Assembly (NCBI GenBank): GCA_963771385.1
Contig: CAVYTE010000012.1
Span: forward strand, 145,877-209,876
Direction of reading: 5' to 3'
Source of the DNA: an uncultured Actinomycetes bacterium
Lineage (GTDB): Bacteria > Actinomycetota > UBA4738 > HRBIN12
DNA: 64,000 nt
Shown one piece after another: positions 49,176 to 58,556 of this stretch. The first letter of the stretch is position 1; each line of letters opens with the position of its first letter. The position numbers and the translations under genes are program-made. Under the pieces are notes generated by a model that did not search any database, was not told the origin of the DNA, and saw only the letters and a program-made list of their open reading frames with translations.

Positions 49176-50329
49176 CAGACCTGGGCGAGGAGCGGGAAGG
49201 GGTTCACGGCGGTCCCGATGACCGAGTAGCCGTACGGGCTCGCCGGCCAGTCGGTCGGGATCACCTTCGGGTGCCACTCGAAGTGGTTGTGCGGCGTGCT
49301 CGCGTTCCCGGTCGTCCCGACGTAGCCGATGATCTCCCCGGCGGTCACGGACCCGGTCACGCCCGGCTGCATGAGGTGGGCGTTGTACGTGTACCCGAGG
49401 TCCCCGTACACGTAGACCGCGTAGCCCCCCAGGGAGTTGATCGACGTCTGCGCCACGCCGTCGAAGGTCGCGCGGATCGGCGTGCCGTGCGGCGCGATGA
49501 TGTCGTTGCCGGCGTGGGGGTGGTAACCGCCGCCATAACGCGGCGCGCCGAACCCGTCGTACACGGCCCGGGGTTGGTCGACCGGGCAGTACCTGAACAC
49601 GCCGTCGTGCGCCTGGATCCCGTACAGCGCGGCGAGCTCGCGTTGGTACCGCTTCTCGAGCTGCTCCACGAGCTCCTCCGCGCGCGCCTTCTTCGTGTTC
49701 AGGTCGGCGAGGACGCCCTCGGCCTCGTCGAGCTTGGCCTTCAGCGCCGCCTCCTCGGTCTCGACCGCCCGCAGCGCCTTCGCGGCCCTGGACTGGAGCC
49801 GCTCCTGGTCCTGCTTCTCCGCCGACAGGGTGTTCCGCAGGTTCTGCACCTCCGAGGCGAGATCCACGTCCTCCTCGCTCAGCGCGTTCATGTACTCGAC
49901 GCGCGCCGACAGATCGGCGATCGAGGTCGCCCCGAGCAGGAACTCGAGGCCGCTCCCCGGGCCGACGATGTACGCCTCGCGCGCCCGGGCCTCGAGCACG
50001 TCCTGGAGCCGCTGGTACTCGTCCTGGGCGTCGCCGAGCTGCGCCCGGGTCTCGCGGAGCTCGACGGTGATCTGCTGCCAGCGCCCGTAGGCGACCTCTC
50101 GTCGCTCGGCGATCACGGCGGCCTCGAGCAGGAGGCCGCTGAGGACGCGCTGCTGGGCCGCGATCTCGCCCTTCAGCTGCTCGAACTCGGCCTTGGCGGC
50201 CTGGAGCTTCTCCTTCGTGCTGGGCTCGGCCCGCGCGACCTGCACGAAGGAGGTCGCGAGCAGGAGTGCGGTCACCGCGCCGAGGGCGCGGCGAAGCACG
50301 CGGCGGGAGCCGAGGAGCGTATGGGCCAT
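49172..50329 (-). CDS. Secreted M23-family metallopeptidase with N-terminal coiled coil
   Basis: Signal peptide, about 200 aa of coiled coil, then HAGNDIIAPHGTPI (HxxxD) and PHNHFEWH (HxH). Confidence 0.9.
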   Translation of the reverse strand: MAHTLLGSRRVLRRALGAVTALLLATSFVQVARAEPSTKEKLQAAKAEFEQLKGEIAAQQRVLSGLLLEAAVIAERREVAYGRWQQITVELRETRAQLGDAQDEYQRLQDVLEARAREAYIVGPGSGLEFLLGATSIADLSARVEYMNALSEEDVDLASEVQNLRNTLSAEKQDQERLQSRAAKALRAVETEEAALKAKLDEAEGVLADLNTKKARAEELVEQLEKRYQRELAALYGIQAHDGVFRYCPVDQPRAVYDGFGAPRYGGGYHPHAGNDIIAPHGTPIRATFDGVAQTSINSLGGYAVYVYGDLGYTYNAHLMQPGVTGSVTAGEIIGYVGTTGNASTPHNHFEWHPKVIPTDWPASPYGYSVIGTAVNPFPLLAQVC

Positions 50330-50439
50330 GGGGAAGGGCCTTTCCTACCGAACGCCCTGATGGGATGTCAACCGTGCCCGCTCGTGAAGCCCGTTGCAAT
50401 CACCCTCGGCCACGCACGGACCAGCCTTGAGCGAGCGGG

Positions 50440-51597
50440 CTAGAGCTCCGTGCCCGGCAGGCCGAGCGAGCGGGCGATCAGCACCCGCTGGATCTCGCTC
50501 GTGCCCTCGCCGATCTCGAGCACCTTCGCGTCGCGGTAGAAGCGCGCCACCGCCGACTCCTCCACGAAGCCGTACCCGCCGTGGATCTGGACCGCATCCA
50601 GCGCCGCCGAGACGGCCACCTCGCTCGCGTGGAGCTTGGCGATCGACGCCTCGGTCGCGAACGGCCGCCCGTGATCGCGGAGCCAGGCCGCTCGCTGGTA
50701 CGCGAGCCTCGCCGTCTCGACCCCCATGCGCATGTCGGCCGCCTTGAACTGGAGGGCCTCGAACGCGCCGATCGGCCGTCCGAACGCCTCACGCTCGCCC
50801 ATGTACCGCACGCTCTCCTCCATGCATCCCCGCGCGAGGCCGACCGAGAGCGCCGCGATCGCGATCCGGCCGTCGGCGAGCGTCTCGAGGAACTCCGCGT
50901 ACCCGCGACCGCGCGCGCCGAGGAGATGATCGGCGGGGACCCGGCATCCCTCGAACACGACCTCGTGCGTATCGCTCGCGCGCCACCCGACCTTGCGGTA
51001 CCCCCGCCCGACGGTGAGCCCGGGCGTTCCCGCCGGAACGACGATCGTCGAGATCGCGCCGTCGCCGGCCTCTTCGTCGCGCGCCGCGACCAGGATCACC
51101 GAGGTGATCGGTGTGCCCGAGTTCGTGATGAACGCCTTCGAGCCGTCGAGCACCCACTCGTCGTTCTCGAGCCGCGCCGTCGTGCGGATCGCCCTCGCGT
51201 CGGAGCCACCCCCCGGCTCCGTGAGCGCGAACGCGCCGATCGCCTCGCCCTGCGCCATCGGAACGAGCCAGCGTTCCTGCTGCTCATTCGTTCCGAACCG
51301 GAAGACGGGGTTGGCGGCCAGGCCGACCGCCGCCTCGAGCGTGATCGCGACGGACGAGTCGTATCGAGCGATCTCCTCGAGGCAGAGACAGAAGGACAAC
51401 AGGTCGCCCCCCTGCCCGCCGACCTCCACCGGGAACGGGATGCCGAACAACCCGATCTCGGCCATCCGCTTCACGGTCTCGAGCGGGAACTCCTCGCGCT
51501 CGTCCGCTTCGGCCGCCGCCGGGGCGACGACCTCCTCGGCGAACGCACGCACCGCCGCCCGGAGATCCTCCTGCTCCTGCGTCAGGTCGAAGTCCAT
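50440..51597 (-). CDS. Acyl-CoA dehydrogenase
   Basis: Intact 385 aa: FALTEPGGGSDA, WVLDGSKAFITN, IHGGYGFVEESAVARFYRDAKVLEIGEGTSEIQR. Confidence 0.95.
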   Translation of the reverse strand: MDFDLTQEQEDLRAAVRAFAEEVVAPAAAEADEREEFPLETVKRMAEIGLFGIPFPVEVGGQGGDLLSFCLCLEEIARYDSSVAITLEAAVGLAANPVFRFGTNEQQERWLVPMAQGEAIGAFALTEPGGGSDARAIRTTARLENDEWVLDGSKAFITNSGTPITSVILVAARDEEAGDGAISTIVVPAGTPGLTVGRGYRKVGWRASDTHEVVFEGCRVPADHLLGARGRGYAEFLETLADGRIAIAALSVGLARGCMEESVRYMGEREAFGRPIGAFEALQFKAADMRMGVETARLAYQRAAWLRDHGRPFATEASIAKLHASEVAVSAALDAVQIHGGYGFVEESAVARFYRDAKVLEIGEGTSEIQRVLIARSLGLPGTEL

Positions 51598-51646
51598 CGC
51601 CGCTCAGCCTAGCCGCCACGGTGAGCGGATCCTCGGTCGGCTGGGC

Positions 51647-54600
51647 CTAGCCGGCGGTCTCGACCGGCACGCCGCTCCGGAGCGCGAGCTCCGGCGCCCG
51701 GAGGGATTGCGACGCGTGCAGGCGCTCGAGCAGCTCGCGGGCCCGCTCGACCTCCTCCGCTCCACCGGCGGCCTCGACCCCGAACACCTCCGAGATCCAC
51801 CACACGCGCGCGGCGACGTCCTTCTCGGACGCCTGCCCTCGGTCGCGACGCAGCAGCTCGAGCGACTTCTCGAGCGCGGCATCCCGCTCGCCCTCCACGA
51901 GCAGGACCTCCGCTTCGATCTCGTCCAACCACTCGGCCGTCTCCGCGTTGGCCAGGTGCAGCGTGTCCGCGACGATACGCCGCGCGGCGCTCGGATCGCC
52001 CAGGTCCATGAACGCCCGGGCCAGCATGCTCGCCGTCCACGTGACGATGCTGCGCTCCTTGAGCTCGATGCAGATCCGGTGGGCCTCCTTGAGATCGCGC
52101 GCGGCCTCCTCGGCCCGGCCCCCCAGCCGCCGGACGATCCCGCGCGAGGTGAGCGCGCTCGCGAGCTCCCATCGGGCGCCGAGCTCCCGGAACCCGTCGA
52201 TCGCCGCGGTGAGATGCACCTCGGCCTCCTCCACGCGCATCATCCGGCGGAGCGTTCCGCCGACGGACTCCCGCGCGACGGCGATCGAGAAGCGATCCCT
52301 CGCCGCCTCGGCGATCGCGAGCGCCTCCGAGGCGACGCCGAACGCGACCTCCTCGTCGCCGGTCTCGCTCTCGAGCATCGCGAGCGCGACGAGCGCCCGG
52401 GACTCGGCCCAGGGATCGCGCGTTGGGTTCGCGCGGGCGATGTCGAGGGCCTCCGCGAACATCGAGCGGGCGCGCTCCTGGTCGCCGCGCCAGTACGGGC
52501 CCCAGCCGGCGACCAGCAGCGTCCGCGCGAGCGTCCACGGGTCGCCGAGGTCGCGGGCCGCGGCCAACGCGTCCTCGAGCAGCGCGCCGGCTCGCTCCGC
52601 GTCGCCCCGGACGGAGAGCTCGATGTCGCCGAGGAAGCGAGCGGCCTGGGCCCTGGTCGCCGCGTCGCCGTCGCCGAGCGTGAGGGCGTGCTCCAGCACC
52701 GGGATCGCCCGCTCGAACTCGCCCAGCCAGTAGCGCGCCTCGCCCAAGCCCGCCATGATCCTGGCCTCGCGGAGGCCCCATCCACGTTCGGACCCGGCGA
52801 GGTCCAGCGCCCGGTGGTACGTGTCCTCGGCCGCGCGGATGTCGGGACCCTCGAGCGCCACGTTCCCCGCGTGGGCCAGCGCCTCCACCGCACGCTCCGC
52901 CAGTTCGCGGTCGCCCGGGTTCAGGTCGAGCGCGGCGCGCGCGGCCCGCTCGAGGTGCGATGCGATCCGGCGCGGATACCGTGCCGCCCGCTTCGGATCG
53001 CTGGAGAGCCCCTCGGCGACCGTGAGGTGCAGGCGCCGGCGCTCCCGCTTGGGCAGGCTCTCGTACGCGACGTCGCGGACGAGGCGGTGTTGGAAGCGCC
53101 ACACGTCGGGCCGGTCCAGGTCGCGCTCCAGGACCTCCTCGTCCTCGAGCTCCTCGAGCACCTCGTCGGTCGGGCCCGCGATCAGCCGGAGCTCGTCCAT
53201 GCTGAAGCTCGATCGCGCGAAGACCGACGCCCTGCGGACGAGGTCGCGGGCGTCGGGAGCGAGGTGGTCGATGCGGGCGGCGACGACGGCCTGCACCGTC
53301 GGCGGGAGCAGGCCCTCGGGCAGCGGGCCCGTGTCGGCGGAGATCCCCTCGCCGGTGTGCAACAGCATCCCGGTGGTCTCGACGATGAAGAACGGGTTGC
53401 CACCCGCGTGGCGAGCGATCCGCTCGGCGGTCGCCTCGTCCAGCCCGTCACCCGCCTCCCGGGCGAGCTGGGTCGCGTCCTCGATCGACATCGGATCCAG
53501 GTACAGGTTCAACGTGTTGCCCCTGCCGCTCCCCCAGCCGGGCCGTTCATCGAGCAGGTCGTAGCGAGCCACGCACAGGACGAGGACCGGGATGTCCTTG
53601 GCCTCGGGCACCACGTGCTCGACGAGGTCGAGCATCGCCGGCTGGGCGGCGTGCAGGTCCTCGAGCACCAGGACGACGGGGCCAAGGTGCCCCAGCCCTT
53701 CGAGCAGGGCGAGCAGGCCGGACCGGATGTCGGCGACCTGGAACCGCCGCGTCTCGTCGTGGGGCTCATCGCCGTTCCCGAGCCCGAGGGCGAGGCCGAG
53801 CCGCGCCGCCACCTGCGGCGTCTCGTCGGCCGGGCAGCAGTCGGCGACGAGCTCCTCGAGGCGAGCCTGGATCCGCTCCGGCTCCGCATCGGCTCGCTCC
53901 CCGATCTCGTGCAGGAGGATCTGCGCGAGCGGCGCGAACGTCGAGTCCTCCTCGAAGGGGCTCGCGCGGCCGAAGAGCACCTTCGCGTCTTCGGACAGGC
54001 CCGACATGAACTCCTCGGCGAGCCGGCTCTTGCCGATGCCGATCTCCCCGAGCAGCGTGACGAGGTGGCCATGTCGGTTCTCGCGGGCGCCCTCGAACGC
54101 GTCCTGGAGCAACCGGAGCTCGTGCTTGCGGTCGACGAACGGGATCGTCCGGCGGCTCGTGCCGGGTTGGAGGGCCACGACCGGCCACGCCGCCGCCTCC
54201 TCCTCGAACCCCTTCGCCTCGACCTCTCGCATCGGCCCGTACTCGACCTCCGACTGCGACAGGAGGTACCCCGTGTCGGACACGAGCACGGTCCCGGGAT
54301 CGGCCGCCTGTTGCAGCCGCGCCGCGAGGTTCACCGTCGCGCCGAAGATCAGTCCCTGGTCGGACGCCTCCGAGCCGATGGCGACCGGTCCGGTGTGGAT
54401 CCCGACGCGAACCTGGAGCGGTACCGGCAGCCCGATCTCCTGGCCGAGGCGGCCGATCCGCTCGACCAGCGCGAGGCCGGCGCGGACGGCGCGGAGCGCG
54501 TCGTCGTCGTGCGTGTGCTGCAGGCCGAAGACCCCGACCACGGCGTCGCCGGCGAAGTTGTAGGCGCGCCCGCGGAGCGACTCGAGCTCGTCCGAGACCA

Positions 54601-54808
54601 TGCGGTAGTAGCGCGTGAGGACCTCCCGGTATCGCTCGGGATCGACCTGCGCGGAGATCTTCGTCGATCCGACGAGGTCGACGAAGATGACGGTGACGAC
54701 CTTGCGCTCCTCCGCGAGCGGCGCGCCGACCGGGTACCCGCAGTTCGGGCAGAAACGCGCCTCGTCGGGCAACGGGAGACCGCATCGTTCACAGGAAAGG
54801 CTGGCCAT
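51647..54808 (-). CDS. Zinc-ribbon, class III adenylate/guanylate cyclase, AAA/STAND-type P-loop NTPase, TPR multidomain regulator
   Basis: CERCGLPLPDEARFCPNCG; VTVIFVDLVGST..FAGDAVVGVFG..GIHTGPV cyclase motifs; LLGEIGIGKSRL P-loop; about 450 aa of TPR-like repeats. No C-terminal HTH seen. ATG 54808, or the ORF start at 54841. Confidence 0.9.
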   Translation of the reverse strand: MASLSCERCGLPLPDEARFCPNCGYPVGAPLAEERKVVTVIFVDLVGSTKISAQVDPERYREVLTRYYRMVSDELESLRGRAYNFAGDAVVGVFGLQHTHDDDALRAVRAGLALVERIGRLGQEIGLPVPLQVRVGIHTGPVAIGSEASDQGLIFGATVNLAARLQQAADPGTVLVSDTGYLLSQSEVEYGPMREVEAKGFEEEAAAWPVVALQPGTSRRTIPFVDRKHELRLLQDAFEGARENRHGHLVTLLGEIGIGKSRLAEEFMSGLSEDAKVLFGRASPFEEDSTFAPLAQILLHEIGERADAEPERIQARLEELVADCCPADETPQVAARLGLALGLGNGDEPHDETRRFQVADIRSGLLALLEGLGHLGPVVLVLEDLHAAQPAMLDLVEHVVPEAKDIPVLVLCVARYDLLDERPGWGSGRGNTLNLYLDPMSIEDATQLAREAGDGLDEATAERIARHAGGNPFFIVETTGMLLHTGEGISADTGPLPEGLLPPTVQAVVAARIDHLAPDARDLVRRASVFARSSFSMDELRLIAGPTDEVLEELEDEEVLERDLDRPDVWRFQHRLVRDVAYESLPKRERRRLHLTVAEGLSSDPKRAARYPRRIASHLERAARAALDLNPGDRELAERAVEALAHAGNVALEGPDIRAAEDTYHRALDLAGSERGWGLREARIMAGLGEARYWLGEFERAIPVLEHALTLGDGDAATRAQAARFLGDIELSVRGDAERAGALLEDALAAARDLGDPWTLARTLLVAGWGPYWRGDQERARSMFAEALDIARANPTRDPWAESRALVALAMLESETGDEEVAFGVASEALAIAEAARDRFSIAVARESVGGTLRRMMRVEEAEVHLTAAIDGFRELGARWELASALTSRGIVRRLGGRAEEAARDLKEAHRICIELKERSIVTWTASMLARAFMDLGDPSAARRIVADTLHLANAETAEWLDEIEAEVLLVEGERDAALEKSLELLRRDRGQASEKDVAARVWWISEVFGVEAAGGAEEVERARELLERLHASQSLRAPELALRSGVPVETAG

Positions 54809-54869
54809 GTCCGAAGGATACGGGCGGCGCGCGACATCCACGCACGCGTCCGCGGGTCAGGCGCTCGGG

Positions 54870-55502
54870 CTATCGGGCCGGTGCCCCAGCTCCGCTCGAG
54901 CTCGAGAGGCTCGTCAACAGGTGGCTCGCGGCGGCTTCGAAGCGAGCCACGTCGCCGTAGGGTCGGGTGACGAGCATCGCGCCTTCCAGACCCACGACGA
55001 TCGTCCGGGCCACCTCGCTCGCCGACCCCGCGAACACGAGCGTTCCGTCCCTCCGGCCCTGCTCCAGGACGTGCGTCAACCACTCCTCGTTCTCGTCGAA
55101 GAACCGGATCACCTTCTGCCGCATCGGCTTGGGGAGCGTCTGGTACTCGGCGGCCAGCATCCCGCACAGGCACATCCGCTTCCCGCGCAACACGTCGGCG
55201 TACAGGCCCGCGTACGCCTCGAGCTTCGCCCGCGCCTCTGCCGGGCGCGCCTCGATCTCCGCGAGGGCCTCGGCGAACCGGTCCGCGTAGCGGGCGATGA
55301 GCGCCTCGCCGAGCTCCGCCTTGCCGGGGAAGTGATAGTGCAGGCTCGCCTTGGTGATCTTGAGCTCCGCGGCGACATCCGCGTAGCTGGATCCGTTGAA
55401 CCCGCGGGTCTGCACGAGCCGCTCGGCGACGTCGAGGATCCTCGTCCGCGTGTCGTTGGCGCTTCGTCGTCGTGTCTCCGCCATGGGAGCATCCTCCCTC
55501 AT
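54870..55502 (-). CDS. TetR-family transcriptional regulator
   Basis: TRTRILDVAERLVQTRGFNGSSYADVAAELKITKASLHYHFPGK. Divergent from the cupin gene. Confidence 0.9.
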   Translation of the reverse strand: MREDAPMAETRRRSANDTRTRILDVAERLVQTRGFNGSSYADVAAELKITKASLHYHFPGKAELGEALIARYADRFAEALAEIEARPAEARAKLEAYAGLYADVLRGKRMCLCGMLAAEYQTLPKPMRQKVIRFFDENEEWLTHVLEQGRRDGTLVFAGSASEVARTIVVGLEGAMLVTRPYGDVARFEAAASHLLTSLSSSSGAGAPAR

Positions 55503-55542
55503 CTCGGCCGGGTCCCGGCAGCCCCCAGAACTTGACTATCAA

Positions 55543-55554
55543 CCTACTAGTAGG
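55543..55554. promoter_or_regulatory. Perfect 12-bp palindrome CCTACTAGTAGG in the TetR/cupin divergent spacer (candidate TetR operator)
   Basis: Read directly from the sequence. Extends to 7/8 + 7/8 (AACCTACT/AGTAGGTC). A TTGACT hexamer lies at 55532-55537. Confidence 0.5.
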
Positions 55555-55602
55555 TCAGGATACCCGCATCGAGGGGTGATCTGCCCCGGGAAGGGAGGAA
55601 CG

Positions 55603-55968
55603 ATGCAGGAGACCGCGCACAAGAGGTTCGAGGTGCCCGAGGAGACGCGGCCGTTCCCGCACGGCCGAGCCGAGATCGTCACCGTGGGCGGTGCCGAGGT
55701 GGGGCGGTTGGTCTTCGAGCCCGGATTCCGGTGGTCGAACGACGTGCGGCCGATCGCGAACACCGCCAGCTGCGAGGCTCCGCACTTCCAGTACCACGTG
55801 AGCGGGCAGCTGGCGATCCGGATGGACGACGGCACCGAGTTCGTCGCCGGGCCCGGAGACGTCACATCGCTCCCGAGTGGCCACGACGCCTGGGTGGTCG
55901 GCGACGAGCCCGTCGTCGTCGTCGATTGGTTCGGCGCGAGCAACTACGCGAAGGGCAGCGACGGCTGA
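55603..55968 (+). CDS. Cupin-domain protein
   Basis: ATG after GGGAAGGGAGGAA within ORF 55396..55968: HFQYHVSGQLAIRMDDG..GDVTSLPSGHDAWV. Confidence 0.75.
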   Translation: MQETAHKRFEVPEETRPFPHGRAEIVTVGGAEVGRLVFEPGFRWSNDVRPIANTASCEAPHFQYHVSGQLAIRMDDGTEFVAGPGDVTSLPSGHDAWVVGDEPVVVVDWFGASNYAKGSDG

Positions 55969-56013
55969 CCACCGGAACCACGCGAGCCGGCCGGCACCGC
56001 GGGCAGCCGGTCC

Positions 56014-56487
56014 TCAGTCGAGTACGACCCGGAAGCCCTCGATGTCGAGGATCGAGCCGATGCGTTCGGCCTGTGGCCGGAGCACGGCCTCGATACGCCT
56101 GCCGACCTCGAGCGGTTCGTCGCCATGATCGAGCACACGATGCAGGAGGACCGCGTCGGAACCGTCCGGTCGAACGAGCGCGAGGGTCTCGGGGCGATCG
56201 AGCGGCTCGCCGTCCACGCCCTCGAACACGATCGTGAACGAGACGAGCGCGCCGCCCGGACCGACCTCCGTGTCCGCCCGCAGCTCCGCGAAGCACCGCT
56301 CGCAGAACATGCGAGCGGGCACGTACGTGTACGCGCACGACGAGCATCTCGAGCCGAGGAGCACGCCTCGGTCGCGGAGCGCCGTGAAGAACGCCTCGCC
56401 GGCTACACCCGGCGTGTACCGGTGCCCGACCGGGAAGTCACCCGCCCATCGTCTGACCGCATCGGGGCCGGAGATCTTCTCGAGCAC
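56014..56487 (-). CDS. DUF35 zinc-ribbon/OB-fold protein
   Basis: FFTALRDRGVLLGSRCSSCAYTYVPARMFCERCF (C-x2-C..C-x2-C rubredoxin-like knuckle) followed by an OB-fold-like C-terminus. Confidence 0.8.
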   Translation of the reverse strand: MLEKISGPDAVRRWAGDFPVGHRYTPGVAGEAFFTALRDRGVLLGSRCSSCAYTYVPARMFCERCFAELRADTEVGPGGALVSFTIVFEGVDGEPLDRPETLALVRPDGSDAVLLHRVLDHGDEPLEVGRRIEAVLRPQAERIGSILDIEGFRVVLD

Positions 56488-56489
56488 GA

Positions 56490-58190
56490 TCAGTCACCCC
56501 TCCTGGGGCGGAAGTACGCGATGTCGAGGATCGAGCCCGTGCGCTCCCCGACCGGCTTCCACACGGCCTCGACCGCCATGTCGATCGTCACGTCGTCGGG
56601 GGCGACCTCGCCGAGCATGTGCAGGAAGCCGCCGTCCGAGCCGTCGATCGAGATCACCGCGGGGATCTCGGGCTCGGTGAGCCGCTCCATGTCCCAGCGC
56701 ACGTAACAGATCGAGTACGTCTGCACGGTCCCCGTGTCCTCGACCCGCCTCCACGCGTCGGTCGCTCGGAAGCAACGCTCGCAGAACATCCTGGGCGGCA
56801 CGAGCACCCGCTCGCATCCGCGACATTCGCGGCCGAGGATCGTGCCCGCCTGCAGTCCATCGAGGAACCGCCCGACCGCGACGCCGGCATCCCAGGCGTA
56901 GCTCGCGTCGATCGCGTCGTCGACCGCGCCCGTCGCCGAGCGGAACTCGGCGTCCGAGAGCGACGTGGCCGCGGTGGTCGAGGGCGGCGTGGCCGGCGGC
57001 TCGGTCGCCGTCGTCGGCGGACCGCCGTCCGAGCCCATCACGACCACGGTCCCGACCTGCATCAGGTCACCCCAGGCCTGCGCGACACCGCGCTCGGGCG
57101 TCCCGGGGACCTGGCGCGCCCCCGCCTCGCCGCGGAGCTGCCAGTACAGCTCGGCGATCTTCATGAGGCCCGCGGCCGCGATCGGGTTCCCGACGCCGAG
57201 GAGTCCACCGCTCGGGCACGACGGCAGGTCGCCGTCGCGGTCCAGGACGCCGTCGCGGGACGCCTCCGGCGCCTTGCCCTTGTCGAACAGCAACAGCCCC
57301 TCGAGGTGGTGCAGCTCCTTGTAGTCGAATGGGTCGTACGGCTCGGCGACGTGGATCTGCTTGCGAGGCTCGGTCACGCCGGCCATCGCGTACGCGGCTC
57401 GCGCGGCGTTCGCCACGTACTCGGGGAATACGAGGTCGCGGTTCGTCCAGTACGCGGTGTCGAGGTTCCATCCGACGCCCTGGATCCACACGGGCCGGCC
57501 CGTGATCTTCGCCACGGCCTCTTCGCTCGCGACGACGATCGCGACGGCCCCGTCGCTGATCGGCGAGACGTCCAGGCGCTGCACCGGCCACGCGAGCGTC
57601 TCGGACGCGAGCACGTCCTCGATCGTGAGGTCCGTCGTCCCGAGGAGCGCGGCCGGATGATCCGCCGCGTTCCGTTTGTTCTTCACCGCGACGGCCGCGA
57701 TGTCTCGCTTGTCCAGCCCGTAGGCGTGCATGTACCGGTTCATCTCGAGCGCGAAGATCCACAGCAGGTTCGGCCCGAGCGGCCGCTCGAGGATGTTGTC
57801 GAAGATCGTCAGGAACGCCCCCTGCGGGTGCGGCTGCGTCGAGGACATCTTCTCCTCGGCCACCGCGAGGACGACGTCCGCCATCCCACTCGCGACGGTG
57901 TAGTACGCCTGGATCGCGGTGAACACGCCGCTGCCGCCGCCGACGTACGTCCGGATGTAGGGCTTGCCGAACGCGCCGGCGCCGTCGGACAGGTACTCGC
58001 CCTTCATGTGGACCCCGTCGAACGCGTCCGGCGCGCTCGTCAGGCAGACGGCGTCGACGTCCTCGAGCGAGAGCTCGCACGACGCGAGGGCCTCGCGCGA
58101 GGCCTCCCATGAGAGCTCCTTGCCGGTCTCCTGCGCGCGGCGAACGAACTTCGTCATCCCCGCGCCGACGACGGCCACGCGCCGGGCCAT
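56490..58190 (-). CDS. Thiolase-fold (SCP-x/Ltp2-like) protein lacking the nucleophilic Cys, fused through a Pro/Thr linker to a DUF35 domain
   Basis: Intact 566 aa. The canonical NNCATGSTAL position reads GGGSGVFTAI (by-eye alignment). Linker GGPPTTATEPPATPPSTTAAT; C-terminal GRECRGCERVLVPPRMFCERCF. Confidence 0.8.
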   Translation of the reverse strand: MARRVAVVGAGMTKFVRRAQETGKELSWEASREALASCELSLEDVDAVCLTSAPDAFDGVHMKGEYLSDGAGAFGKPYIRTYVGGGSGVFTAIQAYYTVASGMADVVLAVAEEKMSSTQPHPQGAFLTIFDNILERPLGPNLLWIFALEMNRYMHAYGLDKRDIAAVAVKNKRNAADHPAALLGTTDLTIEDVLASETLAWPVQRLDVSPISDGAVAIVVASEEAVAKITGRPVWIQGVGWNLDTAYWTNRDLVFPEYVANAARAAYAMAGVTEPRKQIHVAEPYDPFDYKELHHLEGLLLFDKGKAPEASRDGVLDRDGDLPSCPSGGLLGVGNPIAAAGLMKIAELYWQLRGEAGARQVPGTPERGVAQAWGDLMQVGTVVVMGSDGGPPTTATEPPATPPSTTAATSLSDAEFRSATGAVDDAIDASYAWDAGVAVGRFLDGLQAGTILGRECRGCERVLVPPRMFCERCFRATDAWRRVEDTGTVQTYSICYVRWDMERLTEPEIPAVISIDGSDGGFLHMLGEVAPDDVTIDMAVEAVWKPVGERTGSILDIAYFRPRRGD

Positions 58191-58556
58191 CTATTGGTCC
58201 TCTGAGACGTACTCGATCAGCTGCATCGAGTTCCCGTCCGGATCCGTGAACGAGGCGTACCTGGCGATCCCGGGAACCTCGCCGAGGTGGTCCTCGAACG
58301 GGACGCCCCGCTGCTCGAGCGCCGCCTTCGCGACATCGAGGTCGTCGACACGGAACACGGCGGTACCGCCGTGCGCCGCGGGCCTGCCCTCGCCGGCGCC
58401 GTGGAGCCCGAGGCGGATCGGACCGGCGTCGAGCTCGGCCCATTCGTTGCCATGACGGCTCACCACGTCGAGACCCACGGCATCGCGATAGAAGGTAACG
58501 GCCCGATCCATGTCGCTCACCCAGAACCACACGTGGTCCACGCCCGCGAGGTTCAT
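58191..58556 (-). CDS. VOC/glyoxalase-family protein
   Basis: MNLAGVDHVWFWVSDMDRAVTFYRD..FTDPDGNSMQLIEY. The start at 58556 overlaps the upstream stop. Confidence 0.8.
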   Translation of the reverse strand: MNLAGVDHVWFWVSDMDRAVTFYRDAVGLDVVSRHGNEWAELDAGPIRLGLHGAGEGRPAAHGGTAVFRVDDLDVAKAALEQRGVPFEDHLGEVPGIARYASFTDPDGNSMQLIEYVSEDQ

